NCBI GenBank assembly: GCA_051986585.1
Contig: JBPYFA010000293.1
Span: 1-63,547 of the forward strand
Source of the DNA: Vicinamibacterales bacterium
GTDB lineage: Bacteria; Acidobacteriota; Vicinamibacteria; Vicinamibacterales; 2-12-FULL-66-21
DNA: 63,547 bases
Direction: 5' to 3'
Every line of letters begins with the position of its first letter. Positions within the stretch are counted from its first letter, which is position 1. The notes under the pieces are model-generated. The model did no database searches. It was not told the origin of the DNA and saw only the letters and a list, made by a program, of their open reading frames with translations. Below, piece after piece: positions 9,975-17,988 of this stretch. The position numbers and the translations under genes are program-made.

Positions 9975-11051
9975 ATGCGAACTCCGGCATGGCCGGCAGC
10001 AGTCGCGGTCGCGGGCCTTTCATTTGGCTGTGCGATCAGCGGCGCGTCCGCTCGTCATCATGACAAACGCGCAATGGTTTCGCCGGCGCTACGGATGGCA
10101 GATCTTCGCCGTGCGCAGGTGTGGATGCCGACCGACGTCTCCAAGATGAACCTCCGAGCGGGTCCAGACGATCCCGGTGCATTCCCGCCCGACGCGCTGG
10201 TCCCGTGCGACTACGTCGACAAGCCGCAAAAGGGGCGCTCGCCGAAGTTCACCTGCTCGCTCAAGGAGCACGACGAGGTCAAGGTCAAGTACGGCCTGCA
10301 CAACGGTGAGGTGTATGCCGAAGTCGCCGCGACGCGGCTACTGTGGGCACTGGGCTTTGGCGCCGATCACATGTACCCCGTTCGCATCGAATGTCGAGGA
10401 TGTCCGCCGGATTTTCGCGGGCCGGCTCAACCAGAACGTCCGCCGGTCCTCGTCGAAGCGGCCACGATCGAGCGCAAGATGCCGGGACGCGCGATCGAGA
10501 CCCACGAGGAGTCGGGCTGGGGATGGACGGAGCTCGATGCCGTTGATGAACGCGCCGGCGGTGCGCCGCGGGCGCAGATCGATGCCTTGCGCCTGCTCGC
10601 GGCCTTCATTCAGCACACCGACAGCAAACCAGAGCAGCAACGTCTGATGTGTCTGTCCGCAGAGAAGGGCGATGCGGATGAACTCTGTGCGCAGCCGTTT
10701 CTGATGCTGAATGACGTCGGACAGACTTTCGGTCACGCCAACCGGTTGAATCGAGATGCGCCCGGCAGCGTGAACTTCGACGAATGGTCGCATACTCCAA
10801 TCTGGTCAGACCCAAACCGCTGCGTCGCGAACATTTCGAAGTCGTTGACGGGCACGCTCGACCATCCGGTCATCAGCGAAGAGGGGCGCAAGTTCCTGGC
10901 GGATCGAATGGCAGAACTATCGGACGTTCAACTGCACGATCTCTTTGAGGTCTCGCACTTCGAGCGGCGCTCCGGCCATACGGCGGATGAGTGGGTTGAC
11001 GCGTTCAAGCGCAAGCGCGACGAAATTGTGAATCAGCGATGCCCGCGGTGA
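9975..11051 (+). CDS. hypothetical lipoprotein
   Basis: ATG 9975 gives MRTPAWPAAVAVAGLSFGC with a lipobox-like LSFGC. The mature part is Cys-rich and soluble, with blocks KVKYG..NGEVYAEVAATRLLWALGF, FIQHTDSKPEQQRL and LNDVGQTFGH. Confidence 0.6.
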   Translation: MRTPAWPAAVAVAGLSFGCAISGASARHHDKRAMVSPALRMADLRRAQVWMPTDVSKMNLRAGPDDPGAFPPDALVPCDYVDKPQKGRSPKFTCSLKEHDEVKVKYGLHNGEVYAEVAATRLLWALGFGADHMYPVRIECRGCPPDFRGPAQPERPPVLVEAATIERKMPGRAIETHEESGWGWTELDAVDERAGGAPRAQIDALRLLAAFIQHTDSKPEQQRLMCLSAEKGDADELCAQPFLMLNDVGQTFGHANRLNRDAPGSVNFDEWSHTPIWSDPNRCVANISKSLTGTLDHPVISEEGRKFLADRMAELSDVQLHDLFEVSHFERRSGHTADEWVDAFKRKRDEIVNQRCPR

Positions 11052-12013
11052 CTGTCCGCAGCAGCGATCTTTTTCCACTCCCGGCAAAGATCCTCCGCGG
11101 CGTCTCTCCAGGTTGGCAGCTTGAACCTGAACCCATGTTCGAGCAGTCTCCCAGGCACGACGCGCCGGCTCTTGAGAATCAGCTCGGTTTCAGTGCGCAC
11201 GAACGCGGCGCCGATCTCGAGCATCCAATTCGGGGCTGGCAGGCCGAACGGCGCACCGTAGGCTTCGCGAAGGATGCGCATGAACTCCGCGTTCGGGATA
11301 GGGTTTGGTGATGCGATGTTCACGACGCCATCTATCTCGTGGTGCTCGATCAGCCAATACACTGCCGCGAGGAAGTCCTCGTAATGAATCCACGACACGA
11401 ATTGGCGGCCGTCGCCGGCGCGACCACCGAGCCCGAAACGAACGAGTCCCAGCAGCGTGTCGAACACTCCTCCAGCATCAGGACTGAGCGTCAACGCGGA
11501 CCTGAGTGTCACCTTTCGAGTTGCCGTCGTGGTCGCATTGTCGAGTGCCTGCTCCCACGCGCGCGCCACATCGATGCTGAAATGCCACGAGGTTGGCGCG
11601 TTTGATTCGTGGCCGCCAAGCACTCCAGAGGACTCGTCATTGTCTGCATCATAGCGGTGTGCATAAATCGTGGCGGTGCTGGCCTGCAGCCACGTCCGCG
11701 GCGGCCGTTGCACTCGGGCGATGGCCTCGCCGACCACGCGCGTTGATTGCACACGCGATTGCAGAATGTCCTTTCGGTTCTTCGCACTGTAGCGGCAGTT
11801 GACGCTGCGCCCTGCGAGGTTGATGACGACGTCCGACCCGTCAATTTCGCGCTGCCAGGGACCGAGATTCGCACCATCCCACTCGACGACGCGCCACGGG
11901 TGGTAGGCGCGCGGTTGCCGAGTGAGGACCACGACCTCATGACCATCGCGGTGAAAGGCGCGCGCCAGGATGGTTCCAACCTGTCCTGATCCGCCGGGGA
12001 TCACGATCCTCAC
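11033..12013 (-). CDS. TIGR01777/YfcH-like SDR epimerase-family protein (DUF1731 C-terminus)
   Basis: It has the Rossmann start MRIVIPGGSGQVGTILARAF and a C-terminal SRRVVPGRLLEHGFRFKLPTWRDAAEDL. Its 3' end overlaps the convergent lipoprotein gene by 19 bp. Confidence 0.8.
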   Translation of the reverse strand: MRIVIPGGSGQVGTILARAFHRDGHEVVVLTRQPRAYHPWRVVEWDGANLGPWQREIDGSDVVINLAGRSVNCRYSAKNRKDILQSRVQSTRVVGEAIARVQRPPRTWLQASTATIYAHRYDADNDESSGVLGGHESNAPTSWHFSIDVARAWEQALDNATTTATRKVTLRSALTLSPDAGGVFDTLLGLVRFGLGGRAGDGRQFVSWIHYEDFLAAVYWLIEHHEIDGVVNIASPNPIPNAEFMRILREAYGAPFGLPAPNWMLEIGAAFVRTETELILKSRRVVPGRLLEHGFRFKLPTWRDAAEDLCREWKKIAAADSHRGHR

Positions 12014-12025
12014 AGTTGCTGCCTC

Positions 12026-12475
12026 TCAGTCGATGAAGCGGTTGCGGAACTCTGGCCGCGGCAGGAGACAGCGGTCGTAGCGCCCGAACACGAGATATCG
12101 ACGTCGCCCGAGTGCGTCGTACGCGCGGTCGCGGATGGCCGCTGGCACCCAGCGCATCAGCCCGGCCGCCCGCCAGGGCCAGCCCAACGCGCCGGCGACG
12201 AACAGTGCGGCATCGCTTCTCCTCAGCACACGTGGAGAAGCGGTGTCGTAGTTGGCAATCACGTAGAAGGACGTCAGCTGGTCAGGGTTACCGCCGTTCC
12301 GCTCGACAATGGCGCGGCCAGTGTCGCTTTGGAGCGCCGCGAACCTGAACACCCCGTGGCGGTCCTGGTGGAGGATGAACTGCACCAGGCGGTCGCAGAG
12401 ACCGCAGATGCCGTCGTAGAGAACGAGATGGACGCCGGTCGAGTCGGGTGGGGATTGCGCGGCTGAATGAACCAT
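12026..12475 (-). CDS. thiol-disulfide oxidoreductase DCC family (DUF393)
   Basis: The CxxC block LVLYDGICGLCDRLVQFILHQD is typical of DCC proteins. Confidence 0.8.
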   Translation of the reverse strand: MVHSAAQSPPDSTGVHLVLYDGICGLCDRLVQFILHQDRHGVFRFAALQSDTGRAIVERNGGNPDQLTSFYVIANYDTASPRVLRRSDAALFVAGALGWPWRAAGLMRWVPAAIRDRAYDALGRRRYLVFGRYDRCLLPRPEFRNRFID

Positions 12476-12478
12476 GCT

Positions 12479-12500
12479 TTAATATTAATGAACATGTTCA
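12479..12500. promoter_or_regulatory. two abutting perfect palindromes (candidate TetR operator) in the DCC/TetR divergent junction
   Basis: TTAATATTAA (12479-12488) and TGAACATGTTCA (12489-12500) are both exact palindromes. They fill the AT-rich gap between the DCC start (12475) and the TetR start codons (12488/12494). Confidence 0.5.
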
Positions 12501-13222
12501 CTAAAAATGTCAAGCCGCGCGGACGAGGGCGTCCGCCCGGGCAATCGGAGCAAGGGGCGGCGGCGCGCGATCGCCTGTACAAGACCGCGATTCGAATGAT
12601 CGGTGAACGGGGCTACGAGGCGACGACGCTGCGGGACATTGCCAAGGCGGCGCACGTCAGCGTCGGTCTGCTGTACCGATATTTCCCGAGCAAGCGGGCG
12701 GTGATCATTGCGCTCTACGACGAACTGTCGGCGGACTATGCGCGGCAGGCGGCGGCCATGCCTGCTGGCAAGTGGCGCGACCGTTTCATCTTTGCCCTGC
12801 AAACGAGCCTCGACGTTCTCGAACCGCATCGCGTCGCCCTGCGAGGTCTGATTCCCGTCTTGGTTGGCGATCCGGACGAAGGCGTGTTTGCCAGGGGAGC
12901 GGCGTTCTCGCGCGTGCGTGTGCAGCACGTCTTCGAAGAAGCCGTTGTCGGATCGACGGACGCACCGGCACCTTCGCTGGCGCAACCGATCGGACGGCTC
13001 CTGTATCTGCTTCACCTTGCCGTGCTGCTCTGGTGGTTACTCGACAAGAGTTCAAAGCAACGCGCGACGGCGGCTCTCGTCTCGCTGTTCCAGCAGGTGC
13101 TGCCGTCAGCTGGCATGACCCTTCGTCTCCCGCCAGTTCGGAGATTTGTCATCTCAGCAGATGAATTGCTCCGCGAGGGTCTGTTCAACGAACCATCAGA
13201 GACGCCGGAGTCCGGGAGATGA
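12488..13222 (+). CDS. TetR/AcrR family transcriptional regulator
   Basis: The HTH block reads RDRLYKTAIRMIGERGYEATTLRDIAKAAHVSVGLLYRYFPSKRAV. The start is ATG 12488 or 12494; the 12467 start would overlap the divergent gene. Confidence 0.9.
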   Translation: MNMFTKNVKPRGRGRPPGQSEQGAAARDRLYKTAIRMIGERGYEATTLRDIAKAAHVSVGLLYRYFPSKRAVIIALYDELSADYARQAAAMPAGKWRDRFIFALQTSLDVLEPHRVALRGLIPVLVGDPDEGVFARGAAFSRVRVQHVFEEAVVGSTDAPAPSLAQPIGRLLYLLHLAVLLWWLLDKSSKQRATAALVSLFQQVLPSAGMTLRLPPVRRFVISADELLREGLFNEPSETPESGR

Positions 13223-13325
13223 TTCAGTATTTCTTTTCGCGTCGGTGGGACCCGATTGGCGCGGCGTTCCTTTGCGATCTCTGCGAGCGACCCTCTGGGC
13301 TGTGTGCGAGACTCACCGCGATCGA

Positions 13326-14099
13326 CTAATAAGGACCGTCAACCGGAACGAAGAAATCGTCCTGCCGCCATTCATGGACGCGACGGTATCCGTGTGCTGC
13401 GAGCAGCGCCACAATCTGACTTCGCTTGGGCTCCTCGCGATTGTGCTCGATGGTCCACGCACCCACGCGGTACCGATCGAAAGGGAATCCCCGCAAGGCT
13501 TCCAGTTCTGCCCCCTCGATGTCCAGCGACACGTACTGGATGAACGGAGGGGCGCCGGCACGCGTCAGGATGTCATCGACGGTAACGGTCTTCACGGTCA
13601 CTGTCGGTGCACTCGCCGCCGTCTTGTTCCATGTGCCCAGCGTCTCGTCGACGCCGCCGAGTCCGCCGGCGGTATGAAACGTCATCAGCAGGCCGGGTTT
13701 GCTGAAGACAACCTCTTTGAACATCTTGCACGTGCGCCCTTCCATATGGATGGGAAAGGGATCGATACAGACTCCGTTCCATCCGCGCTCCTCGAGCGCC
13801 CGGCTATTCGATCCAATCGTGCCGTGACTGGAGCCGATATCGACGAAGTAGCCGTTGGTCACGCCTGGGAACACTCGTTCGAGGACCCATTTGTCCTGGC
13901 CGATTTCGGAAAAATACTCGGGACGGCCTCGAAGTTCGTTGACCGTGACCTGCAGGTTCCGCACGAACGACAGCTGACAGCAGCGACGGTTGTCGCGAAA
14001 GAGCTCGGCTGCGCCACTGTGGCGAACCACCACGAACGTACAAAACAGAGCGGCGACGGCTCCCACCGACAAGAAGAGACGCCGAGCAGGAATTTTCAC
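13326..14099 (-). CDS. FkbM-family methyltransferase with N-terminal signal anchor
   Basis: SAM-binding block YFVDIGSSHGTIGSNS and FkbM block VSLDIEGAELEALRGFPF are present. The GTG start overlaps the upstream stop (GTGA). Confidence 0.75.
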   Translation of the reverse strand: MKIPARRLFLSVGAVAALFCTFVVVRHSGAAELFRDNRRCCQLSFVRNLQVTVNELRGRPEYFSEIGQDKWVLERVFPGVTNGYFVDIGSSHGTIGSNSRALEERGWNGVCIDPFPIHMEGRTCKMFKEVVFSKPGLLMTFHTAGGLGGVDETLGTWNKTAASAPTVTVKTVTVDDILTRAGAPPFIQYVSLDIEGAELEALRGFPFDRYRVGAWTIEHNREEPKRSQIVALLAAHGYRRVHEWRQDDFFVPVDGPY

Positions 14100-15622
14100 T
14101 CGCCGCTATTGCTCACGAAGGCAATCATCCGGCCGTCAGGCGACCACGACGGCACGTTGATTGTTCCCTGTCCGCCGTAGACATACGCAATCACGGTCGG
14201 CGCGCCGCCATCAATCGGCATCAACCGCAAGTACACGCGCTTGTAGTACGGATGATCCGAGGCCTCGATCTCTTTCGGAAAGCTGATGAAGGCGATCGAC
14301 TGGCCGTCGGGTGAAATGTGCGGGAACCAGTTGTTCAAGTCATCCTTCGTGAGCTGTTCCGGGGTCTTCCCGTCCGCCGTCATCCGCCAGATCTGCATCG
14401 TTGCGCTGCCGCGGATCGAGTTGAAATAGATGTACTTGCCATCCGGGCTGTACTCGGGGCCGTCATCCAGACCCGGCGTGTTCGTCAGGTTGATCTCCGT
14501 GCCACTGCCGTCGGACGCAATCTTGTAGATATCGAATTCTTTGTTCCGCCCGCCGGTGTAGACGAGCCACTTGCGATCGGGTGACCAGCCGTGAAGATAT
14601 GACGGCGCCAATGGCGTAATCCGCTTCGGCGTTCCGCCGCTCGTCGGCACCGTGTAGATAGCCGATCCATCGCCTGCACTTTGGTCGCTGATGCCAAGCA
14701 TGCTGCCGTCGAACGAGAGCACGTGATCGTTGTTGATCCGATTCAGTGTGCCGGTCTCGATTGGCGTTGGCTGCCGCGTCGCGAGATCGAACCGGAACAG
14801 GCGGCCGCGTGTTTCGCCGCGTCCGCTGCTGTTGAAGATCAGCGCGCTACCGTCGGTCGTCCAGTTTGGCGCCTCGAAAGGCTGCTGCGATCGATAGATC
14901 GCCGAACGGTGACCGGTCGATACGTCGAGGATCTCGAGCACGCTGCCGATGTAGTCGCGGTACGGAACGAAATCCGGTTTTGCCGGCCGGATGACGCGAA
15001 CGTTGCTGAACACCGCTCGCTCGATCACGTCGGCATTGTGTGAACAGAGGACCAGCCCGACGAATACTTCGTCGCCGAGGCTGATGTCCGAGACCTCGGT
15101 GTTGACGAACGGCTCGCCGAACTTCGCCGCCGCGAAGGTGACGGTGGTACCGCGCCGCTCCAGTTGGAGAACGTCTGCCCCTTTTAGGGCAGCCTGCTTT
15201 TCTTCGGTTATTGCCCCTTTCGTGCGGCGGAACTGCAGCGAGGTCAACCCGTCGCCGTGGACGATCCCGTCGGCGTAGACGGCATCATCGTCCTGACTCG
15301 ATCGAATCATTAGACCGGCCTTGCGATGGGCTTCCACGCCCTTGCCGATCAGCTGCACGCGCGTCTGCAGGATGAAGTCGCCGGTGAGGCGCTTCCACAC
15401 GAAATGAAACTCGTCTCGCTGCGCCCACATGTTCGCGCCCGCCGCGGTAATCGTGTACTCCTGCGACAGGGGGTTGTATGCTGCCGAGCCGGCCACCTTC
15501 GGCGCGCCGACGTCCGCGTGACGGTCGAAATCGCCGAGCGGCGTCTGTGCGTCAACGAAGGCGGACGCCCCGGCGGCAACGACGGCGAGCAGGGTTGAGA
15601 GCAGGCTTGGTAAACGCATCAC
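14096..15622 (-). CDS. secreted TolB-like/PD40 beta-propeller protein with N-terminal concanavalin-like (DUF1349-like) domain
   Basis: The signal peptide is MMRLPSLLSTLLAVVAAGASAFVDAQ. Repeated PD40 motifs are WSPDRKWLVY, YSPDGKYIYFNS, ISPDGQSIAFISF and WSPDGRMIAFVSN. Confidence 0.8.
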   Translation of the reverse strand: MMRLPSLLSTLLAVVAAGASAFVDAQTPLGDFDRHADVGAPKVAGSAAYNPLSQEYTITAAGANMWAQRDEFHFVWKRLTGDFILQTRVQLIGKGVEAHRKAGLMIRSSQDDDAVYADGIVHGDGLTSLQFRRTKGAITEEKQAALKGADVLQLERRGTTVTFAAAKFGEPFVNTEVSDISLGDEVFVGLVLCSHNADVIERAVFSNVRVIRPAKPDFVPYRDYIGSVLEILDVSTGHRSAIYRSQQPFEAPNWTTDGSALIFNSSGRGETRGRLFRFDLATRQPTPIETGTLNRINNDHVLSFDGSMLGISDQSAGDGSAIYTVPTSGGTPKRITPLAPSYLHGWSPDRKWLVYTGGRNKEFDIYKIASDGSGTEINLTNTPGLDDGPEYSPDGKYIYFNSIRGSATMQIWRMTADGKTPEQLTKDDLNNWFPHISPDGQSIAFISFPKEIEASDHPYYKRVYLRLMPIDGGAPTVIAYVYGGQGTINVPSWSPDGRMIAFVSNSGE

Positions 15623-15727
15623 TTCACCAACATCGAGTCGGCCGCAGTGTAGCGCAGACCTCCGGCTCTGGCGAGCCTCCCGCCCGGGCGCGCCATCGCG
15701 CTGGTTTCTGCCGGCGCGGAAAGTGAT

Positions 15728-17047
15728 TTACGAAATGATTCTCACGTTAGTTGGTACGGTCGGCGCCGCCACAAATCGATTCGCAATTTTGTGCAAATCC
15801 GGCATGACGCCAATCCCGGTTACGGCAGTCCCATTGTTCGGGTCTGACAGCACCGCCCGTAGCTGCGATGCGTCGAGCCGTTGGCCTGTGCTGTGCTGGA
15901 ACATGCCCTGGGTGCTTAGCGCGGCTCCAGCAATGATCGCCGCCGCCGCCGACGTATCCAAGAAACATGGAGGAGCATAGGCCGACGTATCACCCGGACC
16001 GGTCGAGACCGACGTGAAGACGTCGTCGCCCCACGCAAAGCAGTCAATGCGGGTTCCGAAATTGGAGTTCGGTCGCGGCGTGCGAGTCCCGCTCGACGCA
16101 GACGCGACCATAATTGCCAGCGAGTCTCTGAAGGCCCTCGTGAAGAGGGCATTCCCGTTGCTGTCCACGAAGATGTCAAGCCTGCTGCCGCCGTTGCCTG
16201 CCGGTTCGACTACGACGACGCCAGCGGCCGTGGCCATACTAATGTTCGTGTAGCAGGTCGAGTCGATCTCAACGGGGAATCCATCTGCGCTGTTCGCCTC
16301 GATCAGGAGAACATCACCGGTCGCGAGCACGTGAAAGGCGACCAAAATTGCTTGCGCGAGCGCACTCCACGACGGCGGGGACACTGCGTCAGGCTTGTAG
16401 GATACGACGTTCACCGACCCGGGATTCGGTGCGACTCCGAAGAAGTGCTGCACGTTATCGTTGCCACAAACAACGCCAAGCGTCTGGGTACCGTGCATGG
16501 CATCTGCGGGATCGGCCACGCCGGACAACGGCGGCGGGATCGCATGCACCTTGAGTGCGTCGTGATCCAGCGTCCAACCGGTTTCGACATCGATGAAAGC
16601 GATGCCTGCCCCATTCGCGCCGCCCACCCCCCGGACAGTCGAGGCAGCGATACCGCCCCCCTGGCCCAAGTACCCTTCGCTGCACGGAGCCTTTGGCACG
16701 CTGTCGCGGTACGCCTCCTCGACCGTCGTCCACGCCTTCAAGACGTTCGCAAGCTGCTCCGCCTCAGTTGGCGATTCGACCGCGACCACGAAATACGTCA
16801 GGAGGTTCGGTGCCTTGTACGTCGGACTGTGGCTGACCGCACGATCGGCAAGCCTCTCGAGATCTGCAACCGAGAGCTCGCGATACAGACGGCGAATTCT
16901 CACGCCTGGAAACTGCGCTTCAATGTCACTCCAGGGACCGATTCCCCGCTCCTCGATCTCAGGCCCGACGTCGTCGATGTACGGCAGCTTCACGCTGTCG
17001 CGGAACTTCAGAACGACTTGCGGTAAAAACGTGATGGTCGGCGGCAT
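15728..17047 (-). CDS. S8 (subtilisin-like) serine peptidase without a signal peptide
   Basis: The catalytic order is Asp (AFIDVETGW), His (MHGTQTLGVV), oxyanion Asn (EPAGNGG) and Ser (LDTSAAAAIIAG). The N-terminal ~110 aa look like an I9-type propeptide. The N-terminus MPPTITFLPQVVLKFRD is not hydrophobic, and the ORF cannot be extended upstream. Confidence 0.85.
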   Translation of the reverse strand: MPPTITFLPQVVLKFRDSVKLPYIDDVGPEIEERGIGPWSDIEAQFPGVRIRRLYRELSVADLERLADRAVSHSPTYKAPNLLTYFVVAVESPTEAEQLANVLKAWTTVEEAYRDSVPKAPCSEGYLGQGGGIAASTVRGVGGANGAGIAFIDVETGWTLDHDALKVHAIPPPLSGVADPADAMHGTQTLGVVCGNDNVQHFFGVAPNPGSVNVVSYKPDAVSPPSWSALAQAILVAFHVLATGDVLLIEANSADGFPVEIDSTCYTNISMATAAGVVVVEPAGNGGSRLDIFVDSNGNALFTRAFRDSLAIMVASASSGTRTPRPNSNFGTRIDCFAWGDDVFTSVSTGPGDTSAYAPPCFLDTSAAAAIIAGAALSTQGMFQHSTGQRLDASQLRAVLSDPNNGTAVTGIGVMPDLHKIANRFVAAPTVPTNVRIIS

Positions 17048-17061
17048 CGTTCAGCTCCGGT

Positions 17062-17979
17062 TTAGATGGATCCAGGGGGGCAGTAGTCGGGGTCAACGCT
17101 CGACGCCACCGGCGGTGGAGGCTGCGGATCCGAGACGGCGTCCGGTACCCACTGCTTGTCAACCAGCTGATAGAACAGCGCCATGTGATCGACGCAGGGC
17201 CTCGAACCCTGGCACATACCCGGCGTGGACGGATTTGTCGGCAGGTTGTAAACGACGACGGTCGCTGGCAGCTTCACCACAGCCGTCTGGCTGCCGATGT
17301 TGAAGATCGCGTTCGCGTTCGCTGCGTTGATCTCGCAGTTCAACGTATCGGTCAGTGCCTGTTTCACGACCTTTTGCGGCGTACCGTTCACCTTGCGAGT
17401 GAAGTTCCAGACGACGCTCCGTCCGTATTGGCTCTCCGGCTTGAGGGCTTCGAGTCGGCCGTGCTCGAGGGTCAAGGTGCCGCAGAATTTTGAGTTGTCG
17501 GTAATCATCGTCGCGCCGCAAAGGGTCGGCAGACGAGCCGCATACTTTACAGACTTCCAGTGCGCATCGTCGCCGGGAAGGTCTTCGCCGATGTTGTCTT
17601 CGTTGAACGCGACGTCAGGTGAGCCGGACAGGCCCGCATCGAGCGTCACCGTCTTGTCTTTGAGATCGAATACCTTCCTGCCACTCTGATACGGGTCATT
17701 CACCGAGGGAGCTGTCGAGGAGGCATCGATGTCTTGATTGCTGACCGACAAGTAAGGGTGGTGCTCAATCACGTGAAACTGGTTCGGATCAAATTTGGTC
17801 GCGTCGACGAAGTGGAGAGTGAAGGCGTTGCCGCTTCGCTGTACGAGAGAAAGCCCCTTGATGTTGACGTTGAGTCGCCGCTGGCCAGTTGGGGATAGTT
17901 GGCGCGAACAGGCCGACCCCAGCGCTCCTGTCGCCAGCGCGGCGGCAAGCCGCACGAAATTCCGTCGATCGATTCCCAT
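17062..17979 (-). CDS. Tat-signal hypothetical exported protein (possible lipoprotein)
   Basis: MGIDRRNFVRLAAALATGALGSAC carries a twin-arginine motif followed by a Cys. I recognise no family. The C-terminus is Pro/Cys-rich. It sits 9 nt after the CHAT gene and 14 nt before the S8 gene. Confidence 0.7.
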   Translation of the reverse strand: MGIDRRNFVRLAAALATGALGSACSRQLSPTGQRRLNVNIKGLSLVQRSGNAFTLHFVDATKFDPNQFHVIEHHPYLSVSNQDIDASSTAPSVNDPYQSGRKVFDLKDKTVTLDAGLSGSPDVAFNEDNIGEDLPGDDAHWKSVKYAARLPTLCGATMITDNSKFCGTLTLEHGRLEALKPESQYGRSVVWNFTRKVNGTPQKVVKQALTDTLNCEINAANANAIFNIGSQTAVVKLPATVVVYNLPTNPSTPGMCQGSRPCVDHMALFYQLVDKQWVPDAVSDPQPPPPVASSVDPDYCPPGSI

Positions 17980-17988
17980 CGCATCCTC

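Noticed and set aside
17062-17979. Bacterial gasdermin-like pore former next to CHAT and subtilase proteases
   Set aside because: The size (~300 aa) and the protease neighbours are suggestive. However, the protein has a twin-arginine export signal and many Cys residues, whereas known bacterial gasdermins are cytoplasmic and signal-less. No sequence feature supports the call.
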